A stretch of DNA of 64,000 nucleotides from Schmidtea polychroa (lineage: Eukaryota), in contig CM097885.1 of assembly GCA_044892525.1 (NCBI GenBank), positions 37,822,001 to 37,886,000 of the forward strand, in the 5' to 3' direction. Within the stretch, counting starts at the first letter, position 1. Every line of letters begins with the position of its first letter. Below are positions 52,026 to 64,000 of the stretch, one piece after another. Both the position numbers and the translations under genes were made by a program. The notes beneath the pieces were generated by a model. The model saw only the letters and a list, made by a program, of their open reading frames with translations, had not been told where the DNA came from and made no database searches.

Positions 52026-52409
52026 ATGGCTAAAGAAGTCTACTATCGGAAAGATATGAATGAAGACATTGAGGCAGTCTATAAGATCTGCCCATGTAAA
52101 TCGAACTTCGTCATGGGAAGAGAGTTTCAATACAAATATGTAAATGAATTTAAATGGGTTTATCTACAATTGTCCGTTTTGTCATTTCTACTATTCCCAA
52201 TAGTCCCAATAGGATTTATTGCCTCGCTCCTCATGACAATGGCCTATTCAGACTTCAACAGCAATGAAATTGAAATGTACCATAGGAAGCTGAAATTGGT
52301 CAAGCGTATACTAATCTCTTTGCTAATATTTATCATGGTTTTTATTATTGTTTTCATAGGAATTTTCCTTATTTTTTATTTGAAATTTGGTATTTTTAAT
52401 TTTCTTTAA
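52026..52409 (+). CDS. Intronless two-hydrophobic-segment membrane protein, CD225/dispanin-like, 127 aa
   Basis: YLQLSVLSFLLFPIVPIGFIASLL - polar loop (SDFNSNEIEMYHRKLKLVK) - C-terminal TM follows the CD225 layout (YL.LSI...PLG..A...loop...TM). Confidence 0.6.
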   Translation: MAKEVYYRKDMNEDIEAVYKICPCKSNFVMGREFQYKYVNEFKWVYLQLSVLSFLLFPIVPIGFIASLLMTMAYSDFNSNEIEMYHRKLKLVKRILISLLIFIMVFIIVFIGIFLIFYLKFGIFNFL

Positions 52410-52799
52410 TTATTATAAATTTCAACAAATTATTTATGTTATACAGAATTTATCTTTTTCAAAAAGCAATTGAATTATTTTCAACGTTTCAATAGTGGGC
52501 AAGACTATTTGGGCATAGTAAATTTAAAATTTTGTTCAGGCATCTTGAATGAAAACTTTGAAAAATAAACCCATAAAAACTGAAAGCAAACATGAGTATA
52601 TATTTAAGTATAGGACATCCAATCCTAAAATCCATATTTTAAAAAACGGTAGTAAAAGATCCCATGAATAGCTAATAAAGAAAACGAAAAAAAGAGAATT
52701 AGAAAATGAGAAATTAAAGAGCGAACCAAAATGGGTTATATAAAGAATCTTATTTGACCTCTGGTAACATTTGTAACTGTTTATATATGTTTAAATGTC

Positions 52800-53177
52800 A
52801 TCATCGAGACATCTTTTGAAGCCGTTTCAGCCAAATTGATTCCACAAATAGCATGAAGTAACACATAACTTGTCATAGTGCGAGATATAGGATCACTAGA
52901 GTCCTAAACAAAACTCGAGGTTCGACCTAAAGCATACAAAGAAAGTCCTGATTGAATTGCAACATACATCATTGGTGCATTAAAGGTCTCTGAAATACAC
53001 TTTGGACACGGCATCGAAATAAATTTGGATAATATGAACAGGACCTGGCATCATATGTTTCACAATGAAATAGAAATTGCGCCAAAAGAACTTTTAGTTA
53101 TAGTTACTTAAACGCCGCTGAATCAGAAAGCTGACAGAGGATCCATAACTCAAATTATATTAGAGACCTTTTATGTA
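52800..53177. pseudogene. Divergent actin fragment with inverted 5' part
   Basis: Minus 52989->52800 reads [53 protein letters not shown]. Plus 52989->53177 reads [57 protein letters not shown]. Confidence 0.85.
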
Positions 53178-53794
53178 ATTATGTTAATTATGAAATTACC
53201 TTTCACAGACTAAACATTATCATTAACATCATCTCCATCTGGGTCAGTAAAATGTCTTGATTCAAGATCCTTATCATCTTCAAAAATATCGAAAGAACTT
53301 CTCCATCAGTTATTGAAATTGCATTTGTAGAAGCAATCGATTTAAAATGAACAAGCACTTATTTATCATTATTTTTATTGTCAACACTAATAAATCCGTA
53401 TCTATTCTTTGAGTTAAATCATTTAACATGTTCACAAACTTCAGTTTGATGCATAATTGAAATAAGAAGACTCTGAAAAAGATTTCCAGGCACAAAATCA
53501 CGTTCAGCAGCAGAAACCCAAATAGAAACCGAAAATCGAAAAATTCAATTCCAAATAAAATCCAAACTCGACTACTCGCGTCAACACTCAGACAAGATGA
53601 AGTGTGCACACACAGACGCAAGTTGTCAGAATTTTTAACATTTGTATTCAATGATTTCCTTTAAATTAAAATTTTTATCAGACAATCAGGTTTAATAAGA
53701 CAAATTATTATTATTATTATTATTATTGTCATTATTATTATTACTGAATTAAAAGAAATCAAAAATGACACAATAAAACAATAAATATTTTTAA

Positions 53795-61883
<8,089 letters not shown>

Positions 61884-63346
61884 CTACAAATATATTAAAA
61901 TTAAAATTCATAACAAACTTATTTCATAACAACCTTAATGCCCATTATATTATTATATAAACTGTTTCGCTATTAGTGCCATGTTTATTTACATTGCTTT
62001 ATAGCCCTACCTTCATAAACGCGTTCATATACATTTAGGTTTAATTACCATCTCAAAAGACTCTCTTGAATCTTTTTGAACAAGTGAACTAAAATTAAAT
62101 ATTGTTCTTTTATAAAAGGCGAAAACCGTACAAACACCGAAACTTAAATACCGTAGGATGAGTAACAAAGGAGAAGTGAGTTCAGGCTCACTAATCGTTT
62201 TTTCTATGTTAGAACAAAGACAGTGATTCATCATATAAGTAAATAAGTAGGTCAAGGTCTTTCAAACACAGTCAATGACGTATGCAACAGAATGAGTCAT
62301 TAAGTAAGTCAATATCAAAGAACTTTTTCAAAATATTTTCCAAGTCAGAAAAAAGTCCCTCTGCGCGATAATTTATTTCTAGATTTTTCTTGTGACCTGA
62401 CGATTACTGATAATTTTTTCAAAAAAATTTATTTCAGGACTAAAACTCCCACTGCACGATAATTCATTTTTCAAAAAATTTTCTAAGTCATTTTGGCATG
62501 AAACATTTTTTTTAAAACCTCTGTCCCTAGTATTTATAACTCGGTTGTCCATTTAACCAACAACATTTTAAATTTCTTCAAATAAAAGATTTCTTAAACA
62601 TCTATGCTAACATTTTTGTATATATAGTTTTGTGTGTTCCATTCAATGGTTTCATTTCGATTTCCAAGGGTATTTTATGTCAAAACCTTCAAAAGGGTTT
62701 CAAAATTTTGAATTTCTTCAAAATCAAAAGGTTCTCAACCTTTTATGGTCATAATTTTTGGTGCAAATTTTTATTTGTTATTTTAAAAATATTTTAAAAT
62801 TTTAAAAACTTAAATTAATAGTTGGATATGTCACCTTGAAAACCGTGCCCCATTTGGACCAATCACCACCCCCCCACACACACACATACTGGAGGATCCT
62901 AGACCCACTCAAAATGTTATGAAGGTCACAGAAATCTAAGGTTAGTATATGCAAAAATGAATGGTTGCTATGGAAATGACATCTAAAGTTTCAAAATTAA
63001 TGTAGGTCATTACATCTTTTCTTATATTATAAAGTAAAATCATTTTATCTTATAGGAAAAACTTGTAAAATTAACTAAGGTAAGACAGTGATTAGCATCC
63101 TTAATAAAATAAAAACATAAATAAATTATTACAATTAATGCCAAAATTTGAAATACTTATAAATAAATTTCCCAAATCGCTTTTCCAACTCAAAACATTT
63201 CCCAAAAATTATAAAACCTTCATTTATTTTCGAAAAGTTTGAGTTAATTTCCATAGCAGTCGTGACATACATAAAATTCTGAGTCGACCTATATATTCTC
63301 CAGACGGTGGAGTTGGTCCAAATGGGGCATGGTCTAAGAGGGACAT

Positions 63347-63936
63347 TGTTGTGCCTAATAAAAATGTCAAAAAATACCAAAATAATTATTATTTTTTGAA
63401 ATATGTATAAAAATAAATCAAAAAATAAAAAGTACTACATATCAATTTTATTTATTATTATAATTGGTGTTATGGATGATGAGGTAGTTTCTACTATTCT
63501 TCTGGAATAGATACTACATCTATCAAGCACACGTTTTACGTCTTCTTGCTTAATATTATAATATCTGCGTTGCAATTCTTTATAGATAGCCTTTAAACCC
63601 CTATGCAAAGCTAAATGGACCTCTTCAACGCATAAAATTTTCTTTGGATCATTGTAATCTTCAAAATATTCTAACAAAATATTATTTTCCATTTTAATAA
63701 AAATTCTGTTATTTAACATCTTCATTCTATCTGCTTTTTTTAAAAATAAATTTTGTTGTGATTTTGTATTGAAATCAGGTAAATTTCCGTTAACCATAAA
63801 GTTTACATAAGAGTTGTATTCTGCTTCCGCATTTATTTGAATCATATTATATCTTTAAAATCGATTTATAATTTATATTAAAAAATTATAATTAGTTTGG
63901 TATTTTTATTAGGCAACATTTTTATTAGGCACCACA
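63347..63936 (-). mobile_element. Internally deleted integrase-type DNA transposon (Ginger-like)
   Basis: TGT...ACA termini with inverted repeats tgttgtgcctaataaaaatgt / acatttttattaggcaccaca. ORF 63435..63845 has an integrase zinc-binding-like region (VHLALHRG...YYNI...RCSIY) and ends before the DDE core. Confidence 0.65.
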
Positions 63937-64000
63937 GTCTAAAAGGGACATATCCTAATAATAATTTATTATTTTATATCCAAAAACTTGTGCTATCAGA

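Noticed and set aside
63135..63380. ORF as a further NCX exon
   Set aside because: Translation does not resemble the expected upstream CBD2 sequence and lies within repeat-derived DNA.
63331..63951. Apparent 15-bp TSD around the Ginger-like element
   Set aside because: A third similar unit (ggtccaaatggggcat) precedes it, so these are probably pre-existing tandem subrepeats.

Overview
AT-rich animal genomic DNA with many 40-56 nt introns; a planarian-like flatworm origin is an inference from composition and TE content. Host genes: three ferritin paralogs (one with a degenerate ferroxidase centre), a complete 11-exon MTCH-family mitochondrial carrier gene missed by the ORF track (21826-30102, minus), an intronless CD225/dispanin-like ORF, and the 3' part of an SLC8/NCX Na/Ca exchanger (minus). 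The rest is transposon-rich: three Gypsy copies, two hAT elements, a Ginger-like integrase element, several MITEs, microsatellites and two divergent actin fragments. The most unusual region is 30563-49287, a nest of related LTRs. It holds a ~16.5 kb element with no recognisable pol, near-identical 2.1 kb LTRs, a tRNA-Pro PBS and a decayed interior, inserted head-to-head into an older LTR of its own family. Two different LTR types here share a ~150 nt motif whose helices show compensatory base changes, suggesting a conserved structured RNA. All coordinates, alignments and counts were read by eye.
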